Notes under the pieces: model-generated
Database searches by the model: none
What the model was told of the DNA's origin: nothing
What the model saw: only the letters and a program-made list of their open reading frames with translations
Position numbers and translations under genes: made by a program
Shown: in pieces, positions 12,594 through 27,310 of the stretch
Layout of the letters: every line of letters starts with the position of its first letter
How positions within the stretch are numbered: the first letter of the stretch is position 1
Assembly: GCA_016748015.1 (NCBI GenBank)
Contig: JAAOMT010000226.1
Coordinates: 974,604 to 1,038,603, forward strand
Direction of reading: 5' to 3'
Origin: Geosiphon pyriformis uo1
Taxonomy: Eukaryota > Fungi > Glomeromycota
Length of the DNA stretch: 64,000 nt

Positions 12594-13987
12594 TTTGTGA
12601 ATAAATTTTTTCCAGGATAATGAAAATAATTTGAAAATAACTTCTGAAACTCAATTTTTTGGACATGTTAAACTCGGAATAGAGTAGAATGTATATCATT
12701 TTTGGGGCAATCCATTGCTAGATTAGACTTGTATTATTTAACAGTAATTTATGGTTAAAATTTTGCATTTATTTAAATAAAAAAAGCTCATTACCAAAAC
12801 CTGATTACTTTTCTACAAAAACGAAAAAGTTCATCAATTCGAAAATAGTCAATAAATTGTAAAAGGAAAAGGCTCAAGGTATATATATATATATGTATAT
12901 ATGATTGACTTTAACAAGGCTTAAAATAAAATTTATCTATAAAATGACTGAATATAATAACAAAGAGTAATCGAAACTTTTGAAGCTAGGGATGTTTGAT
13001 GTTTAGAATCTTTGTCTGAATTGGCAAGACATAGTTTTCTTTCTTTCTTTCTGTCTTTCTGTCAAAAAGTATTTGTTGAAACAATTAATGAAAAGTTCTG
13101 AATTTTCAAAACAAGGTTTTAATAAGAATTTTTGTTCTGAAACGATTAAATGACAATTTTAGCAATTTTAGAAGAAATCGTTACCTTTAAAAGTTTTATT
13201 TTTATTTTAAAATCAGTCAGATTTTATCACTTTTTTAAGAACGAAAATCATGAAACTTCAATTCTCCAAATGAAAGTGTCTATTAATAAATCCAAATCAA
13301 ACTTGTATGTTATTTTTTAATATATATATATATCATATTTCTTTTTGATCAATAATGATAAAATTTTTTAAGATAACCGCATGTATACCCCTAATATAAA
13401 TTTTCAATAAGGAATTTTATTTTTTGGATTTAATGTCTTTCCAAAGGTTTTTTTTTGGTTTAATACAGGAAACTAGTTTCATGGGTTTCCTGAATATATT
13501 GGCTATGAAAAATATCTTTCACCTATATTAAAAAAAAAACTCGGAAAATTCTTTGAATTGTTATCACCGAATAGAAAAACATTTTTTTTCTCTTTTTAAA
13601 GGTAACTAAACATTTATATATAAACCAAAAATGAGATCTTATCTCCTTTCTGTAACATTAGAGATTTTATCTCCTTTTTGTAAAATATATGATGATTTGA
13701 AAAAAAAAAAAGAAAAAAAAAAAAAAGATTTCTTATAATAATAAACGTTTTATTAAGTAAAAATTTCATTTATAGGATTTAAAGAACATTTAAATTATTA
13801 TAGTTTTTAAATCTTGTTTGACTTTCAAGAAAATAACTGGTTCCTTTTATTCTTTTTAACCCAACTCACTCATTTATTATGTGAGAAATGGTCTAAATCC
13901 ATGTATTATGGAATCTTTTGAAACACGTATGAATTTAAGTTATGGGAAAAGAAACAAAATGACCAAAGCAAACAGAAACAGATAGAT

Positions 13988-13988
13988 A

Positions 13989-14020
<32 letters not shown>

Positions 14021-14031
14021 AATGATGATGA
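13988..14031. repeat. (GAT)n microsatellite
   Basis: Directly visible. Confidence 0.9.
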
Positions 14032-14106
14032 TTGAAAACATAAAGTACTTTTAATTACGCAATTTTTTTCCAGGTTCACAAATTTATATTTATCAAAAAA
14101 AAAATC

Positions 14107-15720
14107 ATGGCTTCTAAATTTATTACTTTAGAAAAATTCAAAAACAAAAAAATCAAAGTTTTTAAGCTAAAAACTTTATTTTCTCTCTTCTATTTTCTTT
14201 TTTTCATATCATTGTATTTAATTACCTTTTCACCAAATATATATCCTAAATTATTCGAAGCTTTTCTCCGAAATCAGTCAAACGTGACGGAACTCTTCCA
14301 AAATTCTAACAACAAAAGTCTCGAGAATCAAACCTTTTATATAAAATCATCAGGAGAAATTGATCTTTCAAGTCATTTCAAATTCAAAAATTTTACAAAC
14401 TACGAAAAATATCCGATGATTTCTTTACAAAAACGAACCACCAAATTTATAACTAAACTAAAGAAAAAGTTTTTCAAAGATTCAATACAACTCAAATTTC
14501 TCCAAAAAATGGCGGACTATATAAATCTTGCTTATTGTGGTAAAACAAATAATGAGGTTGGAGTAGTCGTAAAAGGAGGAAATGTTTTCGGTAAGTTTAC
14601 CCAGCTGTTATTTAAAATCTCCGTTTTAGAGTTTAGTCATATTAAAAGGAACAATCAAAACTTTTATTAAAATATTTATTTCCTTAAAGCTGATGTGCAC
14701 TATTCTCGTTCTAAAGAAGGAAAGCTCTACATTATATCTTTCTTTAAGGGCCCTGACTATATTCGAGATCGACAGAATGTGAGCTCAATCAAAATTACTC
14801 CATATGAGATTGAATATCCTAAAAAAACTGTAACATATGTTCGGTCAACTTGGCTTGAGCATGTCAGACAAATGATGCCCGTACTCTTGGATAAAATAAA
14901 AAGGGTTTTGATCGCAGAACAAAAATCAATTAAAGATTCGCCAATGTACTTTTTCACTGGACATGGAATTGGTGGAGGTTAATGAAAAATTTTAACTTTC
15001 TTTTTGGTTTCATCTTTTGATAAAATATCCTTTAAAAGTTCAAATTGACTTTTGAAAATTTAATCTTCCATCCAAACAGCATATGCCCTCCTCGCAGCTC
15101 TTGAATATCAAAAATTAAGTCCAACGCAAAAAATAAAATTGCATGGATCCACTTTTCTCATCAAAGAATGGCCCATCAATGTTGTGACATTTGGTACCCC
15201 AAGAGTTGGAAATGAAATTTTTGCGGATAGCGTGAATAAAGCTTTCTACGCTGGGGATTATATATATCGTGTTACCCATTCCAACGACTGGGTTCCCAGA
15301 TCTTTGAGCAAAGAAAACTTTGTTCATCATGAACGAGAACTTTGGATAACCAAACCAGATGATTGTGATTGCCGCAAGATTAACCGCTTACATCAAAGTT
15401 ATACAGCCGATAAAAATTATGCAGTTTATGAATGTCCCGGTTTCAGAGTTGGGAGTGATTATGGTGAAAATTTGGTATGATTCATCATTCTTTTCAAAGC
15501 CCTTTGATAAACCAACTTCGAAAAATTTGCTGAAAATTTTATTTTTCATGCTTTTTCTTTTCTCCAGAATTGTAATGTGGGTACTTTAGATGGAGAAGGG
15601 GACGTTGCCGCACATTATGGACCTTACTTTGGAATCACAATAGGAGATTGCAAGCCAATGATTACAGAACAGTTCAATTTACCTCGAAAAAATGTTCGAG
15701 GTCTTGTAACCCAGAATTAA
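14107..15720 (+). CDS. Class-3 lipase homologue with N-terminal membrane anchor; nucleophile Ser replaced by Gly (exons 14107-14590, 14690-14977, 15080-15474, 15568-15720)
   Basis: MADYINLAYC, FFTGHGIGG|AYALLAA, VVTFGTPRVGN, YRVTHSNDWVP, FVHHERELWI, AHYGPYFG. Three canonical introns join in frame to TAA at 15718-15720. Confidence 0.88.
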
Positions 15721-18454
15721 ATTAATTGCTATACTGTCTCACATTAAATATTTATTTTGGCGAAGAATACTTGTATTATTTGTAGAAATCCCACTTTCAG
15801 ATAGAGGTTTCATCAAAATCAAAAAAAAACAATGTGAGAGCAAAAGTCATATTTTTTGAAATTATCAAGATTCCACTCGAGAGCTTTTTATGTTTCCAAA
15901 ATTCAAATAGGCCTTATTTTTATGAAAAAATACGCCGGCAAACTCATTTTTCCTCACTGTTTTATTTTTATTGGAGATGCTAAATTCTTGAATCGTTTAA
16001 GTTCTTGAATACAATTAATGGTTGAACTAGGTTCTAGAAAAAAATTGCGTTTTGCTTCAAAATAAACCTAACATTTTAGAGGCTGATAAATACTATTTTT
16101 GGTCTCTGGATAATTCTGTTTGATTTATCATTATTTAATAATCCAAGATAATATTGATAACATTGAAGTCAAAGAGATTTGAACAAAAGAGTTGACTCTT
16201 GAAACCACAAATTTAGCTTCAAGTGAAATAATAATATTCCCGTTTTGATGCTGTAAAACAAAAGCTTCCTAATATAATTTTATCAAAAAGTGTTATACAG
16301 AGTTTAACTTTGTTGAAATATATATATATATATATATACCATCAAAAAGCAATTTTTATGGACTATTATATAAAAATGATAAAAATTTCTTTAGCATGCT
16401 ATTTTTATATGATACATGTATGTATTGTAATATAAAAGACAAATGAGCTAATTGCCCCAAAACTCTATTGAAATTGAAATTTTTAATGTAAAGGATTTTC
16501 GAGCAAAAAACAATCTAATCATATCCTTCCACTTTAACATATCTTTCAAATGACTTTTATCACAAAGTGAAAACTATTACTTCTTTTCACAAATGATTTT
16601 AATTTGTTACTTCGAGGCAGTCCAGACGGATTCATTCTAAAAGATAAAAGAGTAACAGTTACCATGATCAAAAGTGAAAGTAATTGGTCAACTGATTAGT
16701 GGCTATAAAATATAGTTTAAAAAAAACCCCCAAATATTTTTTTTTTCCAAAATCTTAGCATTCTTGGGATCAGCAGCTAAATGAAAAAGGAAGTTTTATT
16801 ATTTTTCTTTCAAAAGGTGGGAAAAGCTGGAAATGCCAAACTTGGCAGCATTAAATTGATTTGGCAATTATTTTAAATATCATTAAATTCTAAATTGTTT
16901 TAATAAAAGTGGTCTTTTGAAATAAAAATTTTTATCACAAATTATAAAACCATAAACGGGGTTTTTTTTATACATGTTTATTAAAATAAAATTAAGAAAT
17001 ATGTGACTTTTGTATTTATATTTGTGTTTAATTACAGTTCCTCGTTAATTAAAGGTATAAGTTAGATGGTATTTTAGTTTTTACCAAACAAGAACACCAA
17101 AAAAAAAATACTTTTAATAAAAAATTCAATAAGGAAGCTCCTAATTGTGTGTTAAAAGCAGTAATATTCTGCAATATATGGTCTTATTTTCATTTTATAT
17201 GTCTATATTAGTAATTATATCATTAGTAGTTGTGTCAATATCTTTTTCATAAATAATAGTTTGAAAAATATTTGAAAGTTTAACGAGGCAAAATAAAAGT
17301 AAAGTTTTTGTGGCTAAAGAATTTCGAGTTTCGGATATGTTTTAATCTAAAACATGAGATATTTCTATGTCCCATCCCTTAAAAGTTTGATGAAGGTGTC
17401 TGATCGGATAATAAAAAAATTTTCTCGAAAGATGTAAAAGATTTTTATATAATCAGGAAATTGGATAAAAATAACAGTAAGCAAATTATTATGTTACGAT
17501 TTTGTCTTTTTAAAGATAAAATTTTTGCAATTTGTCAAGGCAGTTTTCACGTCAAAATAAATATATATATAAATGAAAATAGTTTACATTTTTTTTTTGG
17601 TTTACTTTGATAAAGATTAAGAATTATTAAGAATTTAAAATTAAATGAAATAAAAGGTAAAATAATTTTTGTCATAAATGATACAATGATATAAAATTTA
17701 TTCAATTTTAGATTATGGAAACAAAAAATTTTCATATCTCTGTTCTGTTGAACAATGTTGACTATTGTTTTTTTTAAAAAAGATAATTATCAAAAAATAT
17801 TTGGAAAAAAGTATTTGGAAAAAATGATCAAATATTCAATTTTTTTTTACAAATTAAAGTTAATGAGTTTTAAGATTGGTTTGTTGTATTATATGTATTC
17901 AAAAATAATTTTTATTCTTTATGTTTTTTTTTTTTGTTTTTTTTTAAATAATCAATAGTTGAAAATAATTAATATATATATATATTTCTCATAGATTGTT
18001 ATTTTTTACCAAAAAAAATCTAAAAAGATACTAACTATACACATGTAAAAAATCTTTTTAATGGCTGAATTGTACTATAGTTATGTTGAATGGGATATAA
18101 TGTTAAAAACAATACATTCTTTATGTCTTTTTTGACTGATAATCAATTTTTAAAAGTCAATATGCTTTTTTAGATCTTTTGTGTTATTGTTAAAATATTT
18201 TAACAATGCATCTGTTGAAACAATAATTAAAAAGAATAATAAATTTAACCTTTTTATAGTGATTTTCTATCGATTTTTGCATTTTAACAATTCTAATTCA
18301 GTTAACATTGTTTCTAATAATATATGTTAACCTGAAGGCTATGAATTTTTTTTTATAAAATTGGTGGTGCTTTTGCAAATTTTTTTTTTCTCAATCCAAC
18401 CAAAATAAACAAGAGGAAAAAGCAAACCAATGATATTCAAGTAAATCAATTAAT

Positions 18455-19345
18455 TTGAAAAAATGTAACCAAAAACCAACAAACAATCTTCCTTCAATTC
18501 CCTCTCGATTATCAATCCTGGGTAATGGCTTTATTAAAGAACTAACTAGTGATCCAGAACAATTTGAAACTTTGATTCATAAACATTCAGAAAATTGCTA
18601 TTTACGTGACAAAATTTTAAATCTAAATAATAATAACATTATATAAAATTTTACAAATTGAGGAATTGAAATTCAATTAATATTATGTAATTATAAATCA
18701 TTTTGACAATTATTTTTTATATTTTGAATTCTACAAAAAAAAACTTTTCTTTTCAAGACTTAAAACAACTATAATGACTTTGATTCTTTAACTAAAAATT
18801 TCCATTATTTAAGTAAGTTTCTATCAAATCTTTATATTTACTTTTAAATTTTAAATTTCACTGCATATTATTGAAATTGAGATTCAAAAAAAAATGAAAA
18901 TGTGTTAGCAATTGAGATATATATTTCATTAACAATGTTTCTGAGACTACAAAAATTCAATCACATTAATCTTTTAGAATTGAACTGTATATTCTTTTTA
19001 GCCAATTTTTAATAACAAGCTGTGATTACTAGATGGCAAATAATTTGCAGAAAACTTTAAAAGTTTAGAGTTTTTTGTTCTAACTTAGAAAACTGTTCCC
19101 ACAAATGCAAATGTTATTTGTGTGCTCATATTAGCTGTGTCTTTTTGCAATTTGGACTTGGTCAATGTGTTTCATCTGGTCGCTTTGTTGCAATGGTTCA
19201 AGCCAAGATCTTGCTTTCGATGATCATAAGATTAATTTTACGGATGGTACTAAATCAGAAAAAAAACATCATATCGCTACATTTAGTGGTGGGATTTTTG
19301 AGAAAAGGTAGCCTAAGGCTATTTAGGGTTTTCAGCATCGACTAA
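18455..19345 (+). pseudogene. Heavily decayed cytochrome P450 remnant
   Basis: N-terminal LPSIPSRLSILGN resembles the P450 proline-rich hinge. C-terminal FLQFGLGQCVSSGRFVAMVQAKILLSMII is a degenerate FGxGxxxCxGRxFA heme motif. The middle is lost or full of stops. Confidence 0.6.
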
Positions 19346-19819
19346 TTTGAAAATTCTTTCTTGTTTGGATTTAATTGGGAATCTAAAACATTTTGGTTCT
19401 TACTTCGAAAATTCTGATTTATTTATACATGAAAATCTAAGAATCCTGGTTATTTGAGTACTTTAAAAAAGAAACTTTTTCATAGATTCATGTGCAAAAT
19501 TCTCTGATTAACTTTTTTTATGAAATTCTTTTAAGAATCCAAGTCATTCGAGATTGCTAAAATGAATTCAACATTTTTGGAAAATATTTTAATGGATTGG
19601 AACCACTTTTTTTGAAAAGATATGACACACATATAGAGTTTTAAAATTTCCCATGTTTACAAACAAAAAAAATCTTTAACACCAACATTGAAGACTTATA
19701 AAGTATGTTAAATATCCATTTAGTGTAGATTTTGGAACTGATATTAAAATGAATTCATGTAGTGTCAAAAGTCTAATTTCATTTTTTATTTTATGAAATG
19801 GAAGATTTCAAATCTAGCC

Positions 19820-19925
19820 AAAAGCTTTAACAGTGTGGACAAGTGCATGATCCTCTTGAAAGAGAAATTTTTTACACTGAAGAGCATGTGTTTTAGGGGG
19901 AATGGCATGATTTTCCAAGATTTAT
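19820..19925 (-). mobile_element. Small Tc1/mariner transposase remnant
   Basis: Minus-strand ILENHAIPP...FLFQEDHALVHTVK resembles the FQQDNAPxHT motif of DD34E transposases. Confidence 0.4.
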
Positions 19926-21062
19926 TGGTGTACTGCTGCCTTAACAGAATCAATTATTGAATAATAGGCAAAAGCCATCATGAAAAGCATGGACGAATCA
20001 CTATGATTTACTGTTGAAGCAATCCTCATCTGATTCAAGATTTTGTTACTGAGAATCTTTGCTTTCGAGTAATTTGGTCTTGAACATTTGTCCCTTTGAT
20101 GCATTGATGGCCCTTTTTTTTGGGAACCTGATTGAATTATGGGCCTTAATAACACGCGTCCAGTTGAATTAGAATGGCCAACAACTTTAGTTATTATGAT
20201 TCTTTCTTTTCTGCTTGAATATGATCTGTTGTGCAACCTATATTGAAAATTACTTATTCCTTTACGTATTAAAAAAATGAGTGCAACGTTACCCTACATG
20301 CATTTACCAAACGGTTTTTATATTCAATAGTTAAATTTATATTTTTCGCGATTTCCTAATAATCTGTCTCCTGCTATATGAAGAGCCTCTTTGCTTTATA
20401 AATAAATACATACATCATTGAAGTGAAATCTTTAGAGAGGATACAAGTAGCATTCAACTTATGATTTTCATACTGTTTATGCCTCAATTTGACTGTTAAA
20501 ATTTTAGAATATTTGTACTAATAAAGAAGCATGCGCAGAATATTTCTCATGTAGTTGACTCAAATTTACAAACTTCTCTTTTAAAACGACAATTATTTCA
20601 TTTAAGTGATAATAATTATTTTTAATATAAAAAAATATTGAAACCTAAGAAATAAGCATGACTCCAAAATTTATAGGAAGTTTATTTATTTTATAAACAT
20701 TTAATGCTTTAAGAAACTAGCACAGTTAAATCCGAAAAATCAATTTAATATTAGTGATTTTGTATCTTTTCTTGGCAAATTCAATTGTTGTTGACGTTAA
20801 AATTCTGAATTTCTTTTTTCCAAAGATTTTACAGGTGTATACAATCCTGTTAATTTTTAAAAGTTTTAAGGAAATTGTTTTGATAAAAAATTAAACAGTT
20901 AAAAAGAATATAATATATATATATGTATATAACTGAAATTCACTCTAAAAAGAAAGGCGAATGTTGAAGAAGAGCAAGGTAGATGTATTCGAAAAAATTT
21001 TATTTGTAAAAAAAGTTTAAACTATTCTTTTAACATGAGATGGTATCGATTCCCAATCTTAA

Positions 21063-21467
21063 CTAGATTCTCGCACTTCTCAAATATCGTTGTTGACATT
21101 TAACCACCATTTGAATATTTTCCCGGAGCCTCTCAAACGTCGTTTCAAAATGTTTTCGTTGAACCAACTCTCGCTGTTCTTCCAACGTCATCATTGGCTT
21201 TCCAACCAAATTGTCATTGTCACTTTCAAGAACATGAATATCATTCGGGGTTGCATTCACCAATTCCTGCAATGAAACTTGAAATCGTTCTCTTAACGCG
21301 TCTAATTGTGTTGGGAAAAGACAATCTTCGTATGGTCGAATTAAAGCAGCAAGAACATGTTCTCGGTATTGAGAGAATGTGTAGTTATTTTTTGATGAAT
21401 AGGCTGCTAGGTAGGCAGATCGTGAGAGTATATCGTCTGCTTGGGTTGTAAATTGTGTTGTAGACAT
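21063..21467 (-). CDS. Intronless 134-aa helical hypothetical protein
   Basis: Clean ORF with coding-like composition in AT-rich flanks and TATA-like sequence upstream. No recognised domain. Confidence 0.75.
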   Translation of the reverse strand: MSTTQFTTQADDILSRSAYLAAYSSKNNYTFSQYREHVLAALIRPYEDCLFPTQLDALRERFQVSLQELVNATPNDIHVLESDNDNLVGKPMMTLEEQRELVQRKHFETTFERLRENIQMVVKCQQRYLRSARI

Positions 21468-23480
21468 TTTGGGGGGTATATTATTTGAAATTAGTTATGA
21501 TGATGTTGAGAATCGAATTTGGAGAAAATTTATTTGGAAATAAAAAGTTTTTGGGTTTTTTTATCGTTGTGATTTTGAACCTGACTTCCTTTTTATATTA
21601 TTCCAGAAATATACCAAATACATCTATTTAATTGTGTTCTATTAATTATTTAACTCTTAAAATTAGGCTAATGCATTTCACAAGTTTACTCATTCATTAA
21701 GAATAGGTTACCATTAATTTTAATATAATAAATTGCTTTAAATTAAGCTCTCGTCCATCCCATGTAACCATGCGTTCATCAGGCGTTAAATAATTTGTTC
21801 AACAATTTGATTTATTGCAACCAGCAAAAAGGTATGTTGAAATTTCTGCAGGTTGTAACTCCTACTCCGGGCCTCCTCACATTTTGGGAATAAATAGAAT
21901 GGTCGTTTAAGATTGAATAAACTTTCTCGGAATGAATGAAAAAAAAATAAACTCAATAATTTGCCCCAGAACATGAGCTTGAAGTGAGGTGGCTGTGAAT
22001 CGTCTGTTTAGGTGTCATTTTTCATGTTATTCTTCGCTAAAATGGTATTCTAGGCAAAAAGGTGAACAGCTGAAACGAGAAAATAGATGATTTTTCTCAC
22101 GGTTTATCCGGGCCCTAACCACGGTCCTTGACTTTTTGGGAATAGTGATGCACTGAGAGCATCTTTTTTTTGGGAGTTCAATTTTTTTTTTCTTAGAAAC
22201 ATATAGAGGATACAAGTGAACATGATGTATTTACTCCTAAGAATGCACAACAGCTGCTTAATAATTATCGGACAGCATGCATGGAATTAAATTTCAAGAC
22301 ATTGAGAACCCGAGCGAAGATTTGTAGCGGGCTACAAAGGTTACAAAGCTTTGTACAATTTCCTAAAAAAATATATTCTTACTGTTTTTTTTTGATCGTG
22401 AACATAAGAAACAATCTAATTGGTTATTAGAAAGTTCAATCATACGATCGTTATTAGAACTCTTGGTTTCAATGGTGCCAAAATGAGCAACAACTAAAAT
22501 GATAGTCATAACGCGGGGGTTGATATTAGTAACTAAGATCACAGCTAAACTGCTCTTCTAAATAATTATGACTAGTCTTCAAATTCACAATCTCTTAATT
22601 TCATTTCACTCTGGCTCATTTTGTTTGTTTTGCCTTAAACACTTTTGTTTTTCCTTTGCTTTTAAAAAACACAGCATGTATTCACGATGATCTATTATTG
22701 TGAAGCTGTCATTTTAGATATTAGGTTGCCATATACGCATGTGTTTTCAACACACACACAAAACAACACCTCCCTTTTTACCAAATACCCCTTTCCCACT
22801 CATTTTAACTATTGAGATTTAGAAAATATGAACACTGTAAACAATGTTAATTTTGTTTATAAAGCATTGATTGTTAAAAATTAAGAAAAAACCAGCTTTT
22901 TTGTTTTTATATTCCAACTTTTTTTATCTATATTTTCCAATTTAACAAAACCTAAAAATGGTTAACCTTTTCAAATAGAAATATCGCGTTCTATAAAAAA
23001 GCATTTTACTATCAAAAAATGGTTTATACGCTAACTTAAAATAAACTAATAAAAAAATTATTTTGCAGTGAAATTTAACGAAAAAAATGGTATTAATTAT
23101 TAACAAATAAATATTTAATAATAATAATAATAAATTGAAATAAATTTGAAACTTAATATATAAAAAATATTTTTAAAAATAAATTAAATAACAATAAATG
23201 TTTTTAAAATTGATTTTATTAATTGCAAGAATTTTAATATGATAAATATTTTAATAATTTATTTTATTTAATATTCTTACATATTTGTTGCAAAATCATG
23301 TATCATAAAATTTGCATTTATAAATGTCAAAAAATATTTAATTTAAAGAAGTAAAAAAGTCTTGATTTAAAGCTTTAATGTTGAATCCAGTTAGTAGGGA
23401 TTGGGTTAATTTAATATAAATATTGAAAATGATCAATAAAATCTTAAATATTCCTAGAGGTATTCATATGTCTAAATGTT

Positions 23481-25134
23481 CTACCGAAAATTGGAGGCCA
23501 AAGGAAACTTTGGTGTACTACTAACCTTAAAAACTTCATATTCTTTGACTCCAAAACTTTTATGTGTTTCAAATATCGGACGTGTATAAAAGTTTGGTTT
23601 AAAGGTACAAGAATTTAAGTCATCAAATGGTAATCCTGAAACTCCCATCACTAAATCTGATTTGCCGAATCCCAGTCCATGTGGATTCTTACAAATTTCA
23701 GGCCAAGATTCTTTGATACTGCTGTAAAAAAATTTCCCTGAATCTTATTTCTTATTCAGAGAAAACAAGAAATTCCCTGAACTTGTTACATGAAAGCAGC
23801 CAGTTGTTTTCAAATCCCAAGATATTGAAGTGTATCCACCAATCCATTGATTTGATAATTTCAAGTTCAGTAATATTAATGTGGGTCCTTGATTGCTGCA
23901 TAATCGGTTAAAAGTTTCCACATCAAAACCGTCTCTCGTTCCTTGAAGTAGAAGATCAAATTTGTAATGTATAGGCCGGTTTTCTGTGTTATGAATCCAT
24001 TTTTTAATCATTTTTAAATTCTTTTCATCGAGTATCTTCGAATAATTGGATATAAAGCGTGGAATAACATTGATCCGAGCATCCGGCTGGCAATTAGTTA
24101 AGAAATAACCTTTCAAAATACTTTCAAAAACTTCTTTGGGCATTGCTTTTTCAAATGGTCGTACTTTATAGTAGACATCTCTGGGACTCATCTCAAAAAA
24201 CCGAATTAATGGTGCACATTTTGTTAGTTTTGGCTTCAGTGCTAATAAATCAGAGTCTAGAAAATCTGAAGTCGGTTTCGAGGCCACACTCGGAGTTTGT
24301 GCAATCGCCCATTTTAACAGATTGGCCCATATTTTAACTTCAGACATTTAAAGATGATCACGCTTAAGGATCGAGGTGAATATATTTTCATCCTAAGTAA
24401 AATTTTTAGCCAGACATGAGTATTTTAATTAATAAATTCATTTTTACAAAATATATTTGCTTTGTTTACTTACAATCGTGAGAAGGAGATCAGAATCAAA
24501 CAAATTTTCAGGCTTATGACATATATTGTCTATAAAAAATTCATGGAATATCCCTAACGAAGGACATAATAAAGTACTAGTCGAAACTAGAGCAGAAATT
24601 TTCTTATTCAGTCAAAGTTGTTTCTGAGATATCAAAATTTTTTTGACCGAAATCCACTAATTCTTCCAAGCAAAGCTCCGCTGCAAAGATTAAATTCAAA
24701 ATTTGATCTGGTTTTTGACCTTTTAGTGATACATTTCCTGAATATATATAACTTTGATGAGTGAGAAAAAATCATGACATTTAATGAGAAAATAATCAAG
24801 CAAAGTATAAAAAATAATGGTCACTGGATTCAATAGTTACCCAAGAATTATCTCGAAAATATCCGCAGAAATATTCGGCTTGTTGAATACTGCCAATTTC
24901 TCATTAGTAGATGACATTCTAATCCAATCATTAGAAAGTGCTACACGGAAATACATACATCTTGCTTTCAAGAGCTTGAAACTCGCGTTGTTCCTCGTCT
25001 TCCCCACCGATTTTAATCACCAAGTCATAATTATCAGCCGATTTCAGCAATTATGAAAAATCGTTCGCTAGACATAAAGGAAATGAATATGTATCCTCTT
25101 TTGAACTTGTCATATAGGAAAGTAGTTTTGACAT
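23481..25134 (-). pseudogene. BTB/POZ-BACK-TLDc protein, disrupted
   Basis: BTB: YDLVIKIG...LKARCMYFRVALSNDW...KPNISADIFEIILG|YIYSG. BACK: EVKIWANLLKWA. TLDc: LLLQGTRDGFDVETF, IGGYT, FLFS, EYEVF. In-frame TAA at 25051-25053 and 23745-23747, plus frameshifts. Confidence 0.85.
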
Positions 25135-25499
25135 TTCAAGGTAATATGAAAACGGAATTTTAAAATAATTTCAAATTATACAATAGTGGCTATCCTTTCC
25201 GAAATGTTTGTTCAGTAATAAAATAAAGCTTTTTAAGATTAAGTCTCTTGATTCATATAAATTTAATATCAAAAAGTTCATTTTGTAATTCTTGCCACAA
25301 AATGAGAAATTCTAATTTTAAAGTGTTACAATGATCTAAGCAGGTCATTGATAATTTTTCAATATGCTGAGAAAAAGAAACTATCACGGTCCGGAATTAC
25401 GTAAACAATTCGAGATGAGAAATAATTTTTTCACTAGCATCGGGGAGAAATGTATTATTTCCACCATTGTAAATGTACTCTAGTTATTATACACTGTAT

Positions 25500-27310
25500 T
25501 GCAATTTCATTGGACGATCAGATACATCAAAAAGGGGGGTGACGTCTTTCTGTGGATTTCACTTTTCAGATGTACGCCCGATTCAAAATTGAACACAAAA
25601 ATTCTAGTTTATTATTTTTAGCAATTTTATACATCAAAACTAATTAATACTCAATCGGCCCTCCATTGAGGCAATAACCTCTTCAAGAACAGAGGCATCG
25701 AATTTCAACCAAACTTCATGCTTCTGGATATTGTTTTTCAACAGCTTCTAAATGTTCTCAATTGGATTCGGCGCGTTATCTTGCTGAAAATTTACGTTTT
25801 GATATAATAACAAGTTAGTTTTTAAGATTTCAAGTTAAGTATTCACATTTGTTTTTTCACTGTTTTTTTTTATTCATCACAAAATACTAATGATCCTTTT
25901 AATCCCTCTGCAAAACACCCAAACCATTACGGATATTCGTCTACTTTTGAAAGTAGGCACCAAGCAATTAGCATTAAATTTCTCTCTAATCTGCCGTCAA
26001 ATTCTTGGTTGTTGTGATTGCTTCCCAATATTCACGTTTGTCTCATCGTAGGAGATAATTTTTGCTTGTCCAATAATAAGCGGTTTTATTTTTATTTTCC
26101 TCGCACCACCACCTAACACGTATTACTGAGATATAGGGGTTTTTTGTTTGCTGCGATACGTGAATGAAGTCCAGAGTTGTACAGTGGCTGTCCGAATCTT
26201 CTCATTTCTTCAACTTCTTTCAAAGACTTAAATTAATGAAATCATTGTTCGTTTTGGATGTGAGATCAATAATATCATAGTATGCTTAGCTGAAATTCCC
26301 AAATCACGTCAGTTAGTGATTAGTTTTTTGATGCATCTGACAAGCCAATAGTAGTCAACTTACTCTTCATGTGATTGCTCTTTAACATTTTGTCAATCCG
26401 TTGTATTCTGTCAACTGCCGTAGTAAATGTACTGCCTAAAGTTATCCATAATGATATTAAGAAGTTAGATACGAATATGCCATGCTGGAGAAAAAATTTT
26501 GCTATTTCATCGAGCGTATTTTAGAATTATTTGATCAATACACCTTTCATTGTAGGTATTCGACTTCTGCACCCCATTCGAAATAGACTTTCCAATATGG
26601 GCGCCAAGAAAACTTCTCGATACATTCGTTCCGAGAGGCTTTCATGAAGAAGATCGTTTCCCTGATTAATTGAATTCGCACTATCAAACAAGAGAAAAGA
26701 TCAAGCACAGAAAATTAATGTCCCAAAAAAAATCCTTACATTTAATAAGCAAAGTTCCATACGAACTCTGCTCTGTCATTGCTTTTCGTCAGCGAAAAGC
26801 TCTCATTAACTACAGCATGGAAAATTGGATATCCTTTTGTAAGGGATAAATGATATGTATTGACTTTGCTCATTTAAAAGGCAAATGCATTAATTGAACT
26901 TTATTAAGCAGTGAGGTGTGCTTGTTTACTTCGATGGAGGATTATGATTTAAGAAAAAATGACACTGAGAAACTGCCATACGTGGTATTTACCTTGGTGA
27001 CCCAGGAATAGTTCTTTACTGCTGTAGTCACTCATAGCAATCACCTGAGGGTCACGCCACCAAAACTTGCCTTTCTGTACTTTGCAAGTAGCGCGTGTAG
27101 AGGCTGGTCAGTCAAGTTGTTTTAGCAAGTGGACCGTAGCGTTGGGAGAAATATTGAACTCAAGCCTGGGTGGTTTTGTTGTCCAAATAATGTCACCGTC
27201 AGTGAAGTTAGCAGTTCATCTAATCGACGTTAGCATTCACAAAATAAAGATCGCTAAAATGTTAAAAGTAATGCTGAACAGAATTGTATGAATGTATGTT
27301 AGCCTTAGTC
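25500..27310 (-). pseudogene. Decayed multi-exon gene of unknown family (possible signal peptide)
   Basis: GC-richer blocks bounded by GT/AG sites on the minus strand, e.g. GYPIFHAVVNESF, ERMYREVFLAPILESLFRMG, GSTFTTAVDRIQRIDKML. Several in-frame stops. Confidence 0.45.
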
